Source: Eledone cirrhosa
Lineage: Eukaryota
Direction: 5' to 3'
NCBI GenBank assembly: GCA_964016885.1
Contig: OZ024746.1
Coordinates: forward strand, 25,172,001 to 25,236,000
DNA: 64,000 nucleotides
Shown: in pieces, positions 24,263 to 37,717 of the stretch
How positions within the stretch are numbered: the first letter of the stretch is position 1
How the letters are laid out: each line of letters opens with the position of its first letter
The notes under the pieces: model-generated
Databases searched by the model: none
The model's input: only the letters and a program-made list of their open reading frames with translations
Told to the model about the DNA's origin: nothing
Translations under genes and position numbers: made by a program

Positions 24263-26159
24263 TTGAGTGACTCCCGAAAAAAATTTATTTAACGATGATG
24301 TAAACTAAATATATTTAGTTCTGTGTGTGTATATATATGTGGTTACATTCACGATTATATATATATGTGTGTATGTGTATCGATGCAGTTATGACTGTAT
24401 ATATATGTATATGGCTTAGAACCTTTCTTTATCTAAAGACAGCTGTTAGCTTTGTAAGTCTTTAACTCTTTCATTAACATTTTCTAATGAAAGATACTGC
24501 CTATGGTTTTCAAATCATTTGGAAAATAATTGAGAATTTGAAGAGGTTTCTCATTGTTAAGCTGGTATTTGGAACATAACTTAACAAAGGCTCTTACATA
24601 AAATTGTGATGAAAGGTTTTTAGATAAATATAAGCACTTTAAAATAAACAGTTCTGTATCATAGAACCAGGGGATTGGTATCAAAAGGGTTAGGTCTCAA
24701 ATCTTGAATTAGTTTAACTTTTCTATTCAAAATCAAATCTTATACCCAAAATAGACTCATGTACCCAAAATAGATTCTTGTACCTGAAATAGACTCTTGT
24801 ACCCGAAATAGACTCATTTTCTTAAAATATGTTACCAAACTGGTATCCTAACACTTGGGACTGAAAACTCACTAATCCCAACATTTGTATAGCTATTTAT
24901 AATTAGGTATTGACTGACAATTTACTGTTTGTGTCAGTCACCATTGAGACTTCTGTTTTCCTTTGCCAAATTAAGAAGAGGGCCTCACACCTGAAAAAAG
25001 GAGCCATGTGAGGTGAAATGGCTGGCTGTTCTTGGCAATGCTTTCACCATCTTGAGTATAAGGTGCAACTGAGGTATACCATCCAGCCAATGGTATAGAG
25101 TTTACCCCCTCCTTATCCATCTCCCTCCCTGTCTTTTTTGTCACTTTAGTAAATTGTATTCTTGAAAAATATAAATGTTTTGTTATTGTAGTTGATTAAA
25201 CTTAACTGCAGCGTTTTCTTCTGACTGTACATGAAAGGGGTGGAAAAGAGCGGTCAAACAGCTGGACTCCCGATACTTATTATTAAATAAACCGAAATGC
25301 TTTTCATTGCCCGAAAATTGACCTCCTTTCACCCTCCCCCTTTCATGTCAGCCATGTAACCCCTAAATCAACACAGATTTTCACAGATGTCAGTGTTTTA
25401 TTTCTATCTAAATTCTCTCCATAATCTACTGCTAGGAAGAAATAATAATAAACCAGTTAACATTGGGGCTGGAGTTGTAATATATTGGATTTCTTTTCCG
25501 TGTATATTCATTAACCAGGTATGGTAATAACATTTGTGGATGGGTGTTTATATTGATGGTGTTGGTGGTCACATCTCAGTTATCTCCCGAAATAGTGTGA
25601 CCCCACCAACAATGAATTAGTATAAAATCCTCATCATCTGAATATCTAATTAATTTCTCTCTTTGTTCCTTCTCTGATGGTCTTAGATATATATATATAT
25701 ATATATATATCTTCCCGTCTGTCTATCTCGCTATCATGGGTTTATATATATATATATATATCCCTCTATCTTTATTGAGTGGAAATGTAAAGAGCCACAA
25801 CATATCTTGTATAGCTGCTAGTGTTTACTGTTGAATATAACTGTTTTCACCTCCCGATTGCAAGTTAGCTGTGCAACAATTCATTTACATACAAGTATAT
25901 ATATATGTATTCTGTATATGTCTATGTTGGCCTCTTTACAATCCCCATCTCCACCTATTTCTGGAGGTCTGTTGTACTCCATGACAAAGCCAACAGCTAT
26001 ACATGGTATGTGGACGTGTACATGTATAGGACAATTAAAAACTTCTGAATGATAGAAATCTACTTATTTCTATACTCAATCTCCCGATATATATATATTT
26101 TGTAGATTTATCTCAATTTGGCTTTGTCATGCTGAGTCCCTTGCCTCCTACATATACAC

Positions 26160-26560
26160 CGTAACTACTACATGTGAAGTTAGTTTTACTATAACACATA
26201 TAGTTACACAATCACATGTAGAAGTCAACTAATGTTTACTATAACACAATATGTAGTTAGTTACATTACCACAGGTATTACATGTAAGTAAAGTTACTTT
26301 TCTTTTAATATATAGTTTTGCTGCCACATGTGGTACGATTAGTTTTACTGTAACACAGTGTATAGGTAAAGTGAATATTACTAAAGCATTTTATAGCTTT
26401 ACTGCCATGTCTGTAGATAACATTACTTTTACTATATCACAGTATATAGTTTTACTACCATGTGTATGTTACATATAGAAGTAAAGTTAGTTTTACTATA
26501 ACACAATATATAGTTACTCTCCCACTTGTGTTAATGTAAAGGTAAGGTTAATTTTACTCT
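26160..26560. repeat. Degenerate ~55-bp tandem array (GTTAGTTTTACTATAACACA...ACATGTAGAAGT)
   Basis: TTTTACTATAACAC/TTTTACT motifs recur at roughly regular spacing. Confidence 0.65.
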
Positions 26561-28019
26561 GTCAATGTATTTCCAACATTGGTGACATATCAAATAAATG
26601 TCTGGGTTAGATTGTTTATGGGGACTCAAGTCAGGTTCCACCATGTTCTGAGATCAAATCCTATATAAATTGATAAAAGATAAAATAAATACCAGTAATA
26701 TACCACAAATAATCCAATTGACTTTACTCCTTCCTTCATAATGAATGTGGATCTTGTGTTTAATCAAAGAAAATCGTTGTTGGTTTCAATTTTTAACTCT
26801 GAATTACTGCTTTTGGTTTCCTTTGTTTGAACACTACCACCTGGTTCTCGGTTGCCTTTAACAGAGTTTTCTTTGTTTCAAGTATTTAGTCCTAATCTCC
26901 AGTTTTATTATACCTACCTCCTTCCTTTTTCTCGTTTCTCTTGGAAAAAAAAAAATAATGGGTGCTGACCATCTTACCCTGACTAAGTTATTTAAAAAAT
27001 TACAGAAATCTTTATTCATTGGAAGATTGCTATTGTTGTTTATAATTTATTTAAAATATTTTCCAGTTGACAACAATACTGTATGTTTGCAGTCAATACC
27101 AACTAATACATTGTATAGGAGCTGTGGATTGGCAGGATTGTTAAAGAGTCAAACAGGATGCTTATCTGATCTGGCTCTTTGCATACTGGGTTCAAATTCC
27201 TCCTGTCAGAAGTTGTGAGCAATGGAAAGACCATGTTTTCATTGATCTGATCTGTTGATTGGGTCCTTTCCTTCTATATTGTATGTTTGTAGTTGATATC
27301 AACCAATATATTCCATGTCTATAGATGTTCGATACTTCATGTAATTGCTCTTTAACAACACAGGGATCTTCTCTCTGACATCAATTTCACAATCACAAAT
27401 TAAAACTAATAGCTATATATCTGTTAAGCAGAATGATACCAATACAGAGTTTATTGTACTTTACCTTAGAGTACAGTATAAGAGGCAGCAAATTAGCTTT
27501 GGGGTATTTGTTTTGGCTCTCTATTTTGTGAGTTTAACTTCACATTTCATCCTTCTGGGCTTGTTCAGATACAGAGAGGAATGGGCCCTGTCAGCTTTAC
27601 ATGTCTAAGGTATGCCTGATGGTGCCCTAAGGAGTTAAGGGTGCATGGCATGGACAGAGTAATATCCAGAGCAGACACATCTAAAATCAGCACTCAAAAG
27701 GAAAGCTCTACCTGCTAGAAGCAGCAGCCAATTCTCTCTGCTGTCTTAGATAACGAAAGGACACATGAGATATTGAAGTCTCATATATTTCTAAAAATAC
27801 AAGATGTTCACAGCTGGAATGCTTTTGATCATAAGTCTGCTTAGTCTGGGTTGACTTAGGGTTAAACAACAATAACACGTTTTTTTACTAATCTAGTTTG
27901 ATCATTCTCTTTCTGTCAGATTCATTTCTACATCCACTCTGGTCATAAAACACCTTATTCTAGCTTATATTCTGTATCTTATTCATTGTTCTCCTATAAA
28001 ACATCTTACATAAACATTA

Positions 28020-28230
28020 ACATTCTATACCATCTGTCTTATGTCTTACCATCTATTTTATACGCTACCATCCTATACCATCTATCTTATACACTACCAT
28101 CCTATACCATCTATCTTATATGCCACCATCTTCTACCATCTATCATGCATATTACCATTCTATACCATCTTATATATTAGCATCTATCTTATAAAGATAC
28201 CTTACTCTATTCTATACATTACCTTGTTAT
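28020..28230. repeat. Degenerate short tandem repeat (CTATACCAT / CTATCTTAT)
   Basis: Visible periodicity. Confidence 0.7.
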
Positions 28231-28592
28231 AAAAAAGGTTTACTTGCTATATTTTTACATCCACCATTCTTAGATGTGCAATTGTAATGTAATCCATATA
28301 ATTTAGACATCTGGATCTAAATTCTGAAATGTCAGAATGGTTTTTATGTTTTCCTCTAACTTTAAAACCTTCATCAACTTCCCTTCCTCTTCCATAGTTA
28401 ACTGGGATTGCTAGAATCCTTATTAATTATACTCACTTCTAATATCATCACTTCAAATTATTGATTCTTACCATTAATTTTATTTTATATTATATTCATG
28501 GTTTTGTTTTTAGTGTACATAATATTTCAGAGGAGTGTGCATGGGTACATACTGATACACATACATGTACACAGATATTAGGCTTCATCGTG

Positions 28593-28629
<37 letters not shown>

Positions 28630-28806
28630 GTATGTTTGATATTTTTGTGTGATATCTTCTCTTGTCAATAGATGCCATATATATGTGTGTGGTACCCCAG
28701 CATGGCTGCAGTCAAATGACTGAAAATAATATACATATATATTTATATATACACATACACACAAACATTTTCTAGATATGGATTGGTCAAAGAATTTCTT
28801 ATTATT

Positions 28807-28845
<39 letters not shown>

Positions 28846-29419
28846 GCCATGTGTCTTAGGTGTCATATATTGTGAAAATGTGTGGCTTAGTGGTTAGAGT
28901 GTTTGGTTCATAATCGTAAGGTCATGAGTTTGATACACAGTGGCGTGTTGTATCCTTGAGCATGATACTTTATTTCATATTGCTCCAGTCCACTCAGTTG
29001 ACAAAAAAATGAGTTGTACTGTAATTCAAAGAGCCAGCCTTGTCACAGTGTGTGGAATACTGTCATTTACAAGTTTATTTCACAGGCAGGCCGTTCTGTT
29101 GATCAAATAACTGGAACACATATCATCAGAACTGACAGAGGTCCAACAACAATCTCTGTATAATAGTATATATGCATATGCCTGTGTATGTATGTATACA
29201 TATATATATATATATGTTGTGTGTGTGTGTATATATATATTTATCAATAACTATGTGTCTTCATTGTAATACATATTTTTCACTGATTTAAATGATTGAA
29301 GACAGCTCTGAAGTAACTATGTAACTATTATGTAATCTTTATACTCTGCTTGTCTTTCTCTCTATCTCTCTTGTCTTAGTTTTTTAGACTGTTTATACCA
29401 TGATGTAATAGCAATTTGT

Positions 29420-29425
29420 AATAAA
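29420..29425 (+). terminator. Candidate polyadenylation signal
   Basis: AATAAA preceded by TGTA elements and followed about 25 nt later by a long T/GT-rich tract (TTTTCTTTTTTGTTTTGTTTG). Confidence 0.4.
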
Positions 29426-30807
29426 ACTTTTAAAAAGTTGATTATAGTTTTCTTTTTTGTTTTGTTTGTTATATTTTATTTTTACAGCTCACACCTATGT
29501 AGCTTTAGTTGGCCTTCTACAAGATTGCATCTCATTGATGTCTTGGATGTTTTAACCCTTTAATGTTCAAACCGGCCAGAATTCTCTACCTTTTTCTGTT
29601 GAAACTGGTCACTCAAACTGATGTTAAGGTATTGTTCTCAAAATAAATACTTTCAAAATCTCATAGATTCGACATTATGCGAGGTAAAGCCTTTACCATG
29701 AAAATATAATAGTATATATATATATAGAGTAATGTGAATGCTAAAGGGACCCCAGTTCAATCATATAGTTACAGCTCACACCTCCGTGTCTAGCTGGTCT
29801 TGTACATGGTTGCACCTCATAGGTTTATTGAGGTGTTTTTATGATAGAAACCCAAGTCCTATCATGCTGTTTTTGTTATAACTCACACCTGTATGGGTTT
29901 AGCTGGCCTCCAATGGGGTTTATTGGCTATTATAATTATAGGAGCATCATTCCTAATCTGGGAGGACACTCTCCTTGCTTAAATTATTAAAAAAGTAGAA
30001 TAGAATGAAATAGTGTATAAATATATCTGGATTTGCTAAATGTATTTGATCAGAATATTCATCATGAGGCAATATTTTACAGCTGGATGCTCTTCTTGTT
30101 GCCAATTCTTTTAGTCACCTTTTACAACATGCAGGATATGGTGTACTTATTCTAAAGGAAATGGAAATGAATGTGGAAGGAAGTAGAGGAGGGGGAACAC
30201 CAAGAAATAAAATGGCTAAAGATGATAGAAGAGGAAATGAAACTTGTTATGAGGCCTGTGAAGAAATGGCCTTAAAGCGTTTGTCTGCTTAACCAGAACT
30301 TGGGGCTAAACAAAATCAACAATCTAGTAAATATTTACACACAACACACAAGCACACACCAACAATAACAGCAAAATCATAGAGAGGCAGTAAATGAAGT
30401 CTGTAAAAATGACAGTTCTTTTATTGAATAATCATAGCAAATCAGTTGTTATCTTATTCAAAATATATAAAATTGTTTTTATTATAAAAAACTCATTTTC
30501 AGTCACATTAGATAAAAACCGTGAATAATTGATTAAAAAATTTCATGATTTTGGACGGATTGAACAATTGATGGAATGAACACAACATTCTTTCATTAAT
30601 AAGGCAACGAATTAGTCTAGTTTATTCTAAGGTGAAGAAGTTAACCAATGTAACGTTGAAATCTAGTTTGTAATGCTGATGCATTAGTTTAGTTCTGTTA
30701 TAGTTCTACACTACAACACAGTAGCACATGCTGTATGATGTCTTCATTATAGTTTATATCTACTGTAATTCTACAACTGATTTTCATCCTTTCAAATTTG
30801 ATAAGTA

Positions 30808-30983
30808 TTCGGGTAGGCTGAAAAGTTCATAGGCTGACTATGAAGGAGTAATCCTAGATCTGTGAAATTTTGCATGCACTATTTTCAACTTTTCTTATTA
30901 ATAATTGCATTGTTTCTTTCCTGTGACTGTGTTGAAAAATAAAATTCATTTGGTCATCCTATGAATTTTTCAGCCAACCCACA
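30808..30983. mobile_element. Tc1/mariner-type MITE (same family as 3369-3566, opposite orientation)
   Basis: TIR GGGTAGGCTGAAAAGTTCATAGG / CCTATGAATTTTTCAGCCAACCC with TA flanks. Confidence 0.7.
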
Positions 30984-32130
30984 TAAAGTACCAGTACAGT
31001 ACTGTGATTCTTCATCTATGTTTCTTTCTTTCTCTCTCTCGCTGTCTTCTCCGCTGGAAGAAATCAGCTGTGTGCAGACCTGAAGAGGGATGTACTCTGC
31101 CAGATTTAAATGCCACCAGATAGCGCCCTTACAACTCAATCAGAAGTTAAAGGTCCCTTGACATAATTCTACAACACAATACTACATACTCTGTTATCAG
31201 TTTAAGACTAGGATAGAATGCAAGTATTTCTTTACTTGGTCAGTAAATTTACCATATTACTAACACGAGTAACTTTTAATTGTTTATCTTATGTCTAAAA
31301 TCATTGAATTAGCAGTGGATTGAACATTTTCAGTCATTCCTTACCGCTCTCTACACTGAGCTCAAATCCTGCTGACATAGGTCAACTTTACCTTATATCC
31401 TTTCAGGATCAGTAAATAAAGTACTCAGTCCATACTATAAAGTGTTCGTGTTGGTGAAACGATATAAAGCACCCAACCCACCCTGTAGAGTGGTCATGTT
31501 GGTGACGTAACAAAAAATACCCGTTCCACCCTGTAAGGTGGTCGTGCTGGTGACACGATAAAAAAGAACCCAGTCCAACCTGTCAGTTGGTCGTTTTTGT
31601 GCCACAATAAAAAGCATGCAGTCCATGTGGTTGGTGATAGAAAGGGCATTCAGCCATAGAAACCAAGCCAGAAAAAGTTCTGTCTGAGCAAGATATAGTC
31701 AACTACTCTGACGTATTTCAGAACAAGACAACACATCTAACCCATGCTAGCAAGGGAAATGGACGTAAGATGATGATGATGATGATGATGATACTGGTCC
31801 AAGGTGATGAATTGGTGGAATTGTTCGAGCATTGGTTCAGATACTTTTGAGGTATTTGGTTAGTCTCTCTGCATGGGTGCCTAAAAAGTAGTCTCACAAA
31901 TTTGCAGGTTTAGGGTGGCAGGTAAGAGAAAGTCATTAAAACAACTTCAGTATCAAATAATTGATGTTGACTTGCGATGAGAGAGGGGGAAGGGGAGCTC
32001 TTGCAGTTGGTGGAGTTTGAAAGAGAGTCTACTCTAGTTGCAGTGACATATATATTGGATGGAGATGAGTCTACTCCAGTTGGAGTGACATGTAACACTG
32101 GAAACAATATCCACCACTTCATATATGCAG

Positions 32131-32400
32131 TGTGGAGGTGCATGGCCTAGTAGTAAGGATGTTACACTTATCATATCTATTCCTAGACTGGGTTCTCTGT
32201 AATGTTCATGAGCAAAACACTTCATTTCATGTTGCTCCAGTATATGCAGCTGAAAATGAGTACCAACAATAGCTGGAGGTTTAACCCTGTGATGGACTAG
32301 CGTCCTGTCCAGAGGGGAGTCTTGTACTCTCCGTCACTTCATTCTATGGAAACTGAGATAAGTGTTGACTTGATGAGCCTCTGGGCTCGAGACAGACTTT
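32131..32400 (+). mobile_element. tRNA-derived SINE with a conserved-domain body (V/Meta-like)
   Basis: tRNA-like head (GGTGCATGGCCTAGTAGTAAGG) and body AACCCTGTGATGGACTAGCGTCCTGTCCAG...GGAAACTGAGATAAG...TGATGAGCC. The domain assignment is from memory of these SINE superfamilies. Confidence 0.6.
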
Positions 32401-32419
32401 AGATATATGCAGTGAAGAA

Positions 32420-33055
32420 AAAAAAAAATGCTAATCTCCAACCAGCAAATTGCTCAAGTTACGGAGTTTGTATATTTCGGTCACAAACTATCATCAAACA
32501 ACAACGGAATGGTTGCTGCACAGTATCACATCGCTCTAGGCTGGGCAGCTTTCAACAAGAACAAGCAAGTACTAACATCAAAACGAGTTTCCTATCATTT
32601 GAAGGCTAAGATCTTTGATACTTACATCCTACCAGCTGTGTTATATGGTCTTGACTGTGTTAATTGGACGACAAGGTCACTTCAGCTCTCTACATTCCAG
32701 AACCACATCATGAGAATTATGACTGGCAAGCGGCTCAGCAACCGTATCTGTATCAGTGAGCTGCTCAACATTACCAAACTTAGACCAATTACATCAATTG
32801 TCAAGTCAAGAGTACTCAAACTATATGGTCATATAAAAAGATCAACTCGTGGTGTAAGTTATGCCTTGAAGGAAGGTTGGTTGGTAAGAGAAGCAGAGCC
32901 CGGCAGACAAAACAATGGCTTGACACTGTCAACTTATGGACTGAACTTGATCTTTGTTCTTTGATGCTGGTGATGGAACTTTGTGGAGAGAGATATCTCA
33001 TGTTGATGCCCAATCTGCAACTGGTGGAGTTTAGCGTCACAAGAAAGTGAGACAT
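32420..33055 (+). pseudogene. 5'-truncated RTE-clade LINE 3' fragment
   Basis: EFVYFG, IALGWAAF, ILPAVLYGL..W and LKLYGHIKR motifs of the RTE RT C-terminus; frameshifted near 32855. Confidence 0.85.
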
Positions 33056-34471
33056 CAGATAATTATTTTATCTTATACAAAGAATCTATAAATATTTTCA
33101 CTAGTGATAAAAGTCCTTAACTCTACATGTTTATATTATTTCTATAGCTTATTAAATATAAAGAATAGAATATGACTTCATGCTACTCTAACAATTTCAC
33201 TCAAGAAAATATTGGCATAAAACCAATATTTCTAGAAATTGATATCTAAAGAAATCTTCATTATTTTAGATACAAAACATGAACTGGTGAGCTACTGGGA
33301 GGGATGGTACTTAAAGGTGGAGTAGGTGACAGTGACATGGGAGACAGAGGACAACCTGTGTTTGAAGGTAGAGTTGATGACAGGGCATAAGAGGCAGAGG
33401 ACAGTCTGTACTTAAAGGTAAAGTAGATGATAGGGACAGGAAGGACAGAGGACGACCTGCATCAACAATTAGACCAGATCCAAGAACTTTGACTGCCTAT
33501 AAACTGCAGGTTCTGGCAGAGTAAGGTATGCAATTATGTTGTTACAGCTCATACCTATGCAGGCTTAGCTGGCCTCCTACAATGTTGTATCTCATAGGTT
33601 TCTCTGGTGTTTAATGATAGGGACCTCAGTCCTATAAGGTTGGTGGTGTTACAGTTCACAGCTATGTAGGCTTAGTTGGCCTCATAGGAAGTTTCTCTGG
33701 TGTTTTAATAATAAGAACCCCAGCCCTAACATGTTATTTTACAGTTCATGCCCCAATTCTATACTGTTGCTGTCACAGTCCACACCTATGTAAATTTAGC
33801 TGACCTCTTATGCAGTTTCTTGAACATACAACTATATGATCATAAATCTAACACCCTAACTACTAGGCCATACACCATCACTCAATGATGATATAAAATT
33901 TAAGTCATATTTTTCAATGTGAATTATTGAAAGGTATAAAAATAGCAGTCATTAGAATATTGTATAGACTACTTTATATTTGTTTCAAATCTCTGCGACC
34001 TAAGTTCAAATTCCAAGGTCAACTTTGCCTTTCACCATTTAAATGTTGCTAAATAAAAAAAACAGTCCAATACTAGAGTCAGTTCTTCCTCTAAATCTTT
34101 TCCCTACTTTTCTCTTTCTCTCTGATCAGATCTGGAGAGATGCTCAAGACATGTTGTTATGTTATGATGGTGCCCCTATGACTCCATAAGGAGTAAAGAG
34201 CCCATAGATGGATGGAAAGTATTGAGCTGTGACATTGTCTTGTTTTATCCAGTGTTAAGTTAAAATTAAAAGTTATATTTATCTAAAATGTTTCATGATG
34301 TAATGTCAATAGATATGAAGAAGAGCAAAGTTGATTAATCCAATTAAAGATATTCACAGCAACAAAACAAAATAGCATTTGGTTACTAGAGTCCAGTAAC
34401 TTACAATCTTAATTTGTCGCTAAAGATATCTTCCTAAGCCTCTCTGTTTACTTGAGACAATTGGTAATATT

Positions 34472-34537
<66 letters not shown>

Positions 34538-35663
34538 TCATCCTTTTACATCCGATATATACATAAATACATACATATATATAAATACACACACATATAT
34601 ATATACACACATATGTATGTATATATACAAGCATAGAAAATAGATACTAAACAGTGATAATAATAAGGCTTACCCTTGCTAGCGAGGAAAGTGAATATTA
34701 AATGATGATGATGATGATATATATATATATATATATATATCATCATCATCATCATCATCGTTTAACGTCCATCTTCCACGCTTGCATGGGTTTGGACGGG
34801 AGTTTTCCCACTTGAGGCAAGATTGGTTGTCCTGCTCGTATAGGACTGTCTGGCAGGTTTTCTACGCCTGGCTGCCCTTCCTAACACCAACCACGTTTAC
34901 AGTGTGGACTGGGAGGTTTTTACCGTGTTACCTACACGGCCACATTACAGCGTGGACTGTGTGTTTTTTTTGTCGTGACTCCTACACGTCTGGATGCCCT
35001 TCGTAACACCAACCATGTTTACAGTGTGGACTGGGAGGTTTTTACCGTGTTACCTACACGGCCACATTACAGCGTGGACTGTGTGTTTTTTTGTCGTGAC
35101 ACCTACACGACCTCATTTGTTTCGGACTGGATGTTGTGGTACCAATATAACTTCACATTGAAGGGAGTGGTGTGGATAGGGTGGGGGTAGTGGGACAGTG
35201 GTGTATTTTTGTTAGAGGTGCCTACTGACTGTAGGTTTCGCTTTGTACTTAGGCAAGGCGGGTCTTCCATATTTAGCAAAACATATTTTTTATAGTGTTG
35301 ATGACATGATAAAATGCACCTAGTACTTACTGCAAAGTGGTTGGTGATAGGAAGGGCATCCAGCCATAGAAAACTTGCCAAACAATGAAAAAAGCAGACT
35401 TTTCACTTGTATCAGGGACAGGACGACTTCCCTAGTACTGATGCGAAGATAAAATGCACGGTGCATTATGTAGAATGCAGGAATCTATATAAACGAGATG
35501 TAGCTTCCAGTCCATCTGAGGAATCATTAGCTCTGATTAAGTATGGACTTAGTCTGTAACAACCTGTCCAACCCTTGCTAGCAGGGAAAACGAATGTTAA
35601 ATAATGTTGATGATGATAAATATATATATATATATTATATGTTGGCTGTAAATAATCTGCTAC

Positions 35664-35977
35664 TCAATACTCTACACCAAACTTTTCAAATCCTCGTAAT
35701 ATGACTCCCAGTTGTAGTGTGACTATTCCACGAGCAATGGTATGTAGGCGATACCTATCTGTTGCAGAGTAAACTAAATCAGGACGTCGAAGTTGGGCAC
35801 TGCCTCCAATAAAATACTGTGATATCTGTTCCCAAAAACTTCCTGTCGGACTCCACGTAGGACACTCAATAATGTGCATCCCAGGAGATGATGGTATATG
35901 ACAGAAACCATAACCATAGTGTTGGTTACGACCAAACATGTCCTGACACCAAACTTGCAGATGAATTTTCGGCCAAC
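35664..35977 (-). CDS. B9D2: B9 domain-containing protein 2, last exon (GWPKIHLQVWCQDMFGR...GFCHIPSSPG...FEKFGVEY*)
   Basis: Strong motif match to the B9D2 C-terminal half. Acceptor is a pyrimidine tract plus AAG; TGA at 35666-35664. Confidence 0.95.
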
Positions 35978-36376
35978 CTTGATTCAAATAGAGAAAGAAA
36001 AGTACACAAGGAAATTTAGAGTTGTATTAAGTAAGAAATACTCTCATGTTTAACCCTTTAATTACCATAACTATAATAAAATAACACTGCCTTTCATTTT
36101 TAAGTAATTGTGAAAATAATCAAGAAATATACTGGGTAAAACATTACTTTGTTTTGTTCAATTTATCATCCTTTGCCCTTTATATATTTCTACCAGACTG
36201 TACTGGCAGTCTGAAACTTATTAGTCATTTAATTAATAATTTGAGTAAACACCCTCAAACTTATTCATTAATAAATTGAAATAGAGCATATTTCATCAGA
36301 AATATGGTCACAAAAAAATTAAATATAATTTCAAAAATTAAACTCAATAAACTTGGTTATAAAGAAAGGTGGTCAC

Positions 36377-36502
36377 CTTGTAAACCTTTTGTAGAAAAGT
36401 GGATGTCAATTGGGTAGGACCAATAGGCAGCTTCTTCAATGAGGCAGTTGTCCACCTGTGTTTGGCCCTCAGTTAATCCAGATAATACTTTCCAAGCATT
36501 TC
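36377..36502 (-). CDS. B9D2: B9D2 middle exon ([42 protein letters not shown])
   Basis: TTGTAG acceptor, GTGACC donor, 126 nt phase 1/1; EGQTQVD and HFxTKGLQG motifs. Confidence 0.95.
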
Positions 36503-36939
36503 CTACAATAAAGGACAAATCATTACTAGACAATTAAGCCAATGATAACATAATGTAATAAGCTAAACATATTTAAATAGTTAAAAATCACAGCTTTAGT
36601 AAGGAGAAAAAAATCCTGTTAGTGTAATTATTAACCCAGGAAAAAGAAAAACAAGAGATAACCCTAACAATTAAATATTGAACGTGTGCATGCAATGAAG
36701 AGAGGCAGAACAAAAATTGAGAGATAGATATATAGAATGAGAAAACCAATTGATGAAAGCAATGGCCATGTTTCAACTTGATTAGATCTCATCAGGGATG
36801 CATATTTTTTAGGGAAGAAAGAGCAGAGCCAATGATTCATTTTAGAGCTTCTGAGACTTGTGAGAGGGAGAGAGGAAAATATCCTCAAACCTGACCTGGT
36901 CCAAACACTTGCAACAGTGGATTCTGCTAATGGTACCTA

Positions 36940-37215
36940 AGAGTTAGGTGGTGGTGTTAAACCAAATAACATTAAGCCTACCACACAAGAGAAAAGTGGT
37001 GGTGTTAAACAAGGAAACGGATTATGTCTACCAGACAAGAGCTAGGTGGTGGTAAGCAGAGCAGTATATTAAGTTTACCACCCTATTACAATGCAATGGA
37101 CTCTGTTACAGACAGCCAAGAGCCAGGTGGTATTGTTAAACTGGGTGACATATGTCTACCACTCAAGGATCAGGTGGTAGTGTTAAACTGGGTGAGAAAT
37201 TAAATCTACCACCCA
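36940..37215. repeat. Degenerate ~48-bp tandem repeat (GGTGGTGGTGTTAAAC...CTACCA) in a B9D2 intron
   Basis: Recurrent units; similar units lie at 52970-53050. Confidence 0.65.
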
Positions 37216-37629
37216 TGTCGACCATAGCAGGATTTGAAGTCAAAATCCAATGAGCCAGTAAAACTACCACAAGGACTCTTATCCATTGCTCTAACAATAC
37301 CACCAATCCACTGCCCTTGGATTAATACTTTATCTTATCAACACCAAAAGGATGAATGGTGAAGTTTGGCTCTGGCAGGATTAGAACTCAGAATATAAAG
37401 TGGCAGAACAAATACCACAACACATCTCGAGTGATGCTCTAACAATTCTGTCAATCCCTATCCAAGACTGGTATTTTATCTTATCAACCCTCAAAAATAT
37501 GGAAAACAAAGTTGAACTCAGAGCGCAGAGGGTTGAAACAAATACCACAAGGTATTTCGTCTTACATTCTAACAACTCTACCAATTCACTATCTACACAT
37601 CAAGAACACTGTATAAAATGGTACCATAC

Positions 37630-37717
37630 CTGTTTGTATTCCAAACTTACAGAACAAGCCACTGCTCGAAAATCCATATGCTCCACTAATCTGACCAATA
37701 ACATGTACTTCAGCCAT
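37630..37717 (-). CDS. B9D2: B9D2 first coding exon ([29 protein letters not shown])
   Basis: [11 protein letters not shown]-terminus and GTATGG donor. A TTTCAG acceptor 11 nt before the ATG implies an upstream non-coding exon. Confidence 0.95.
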
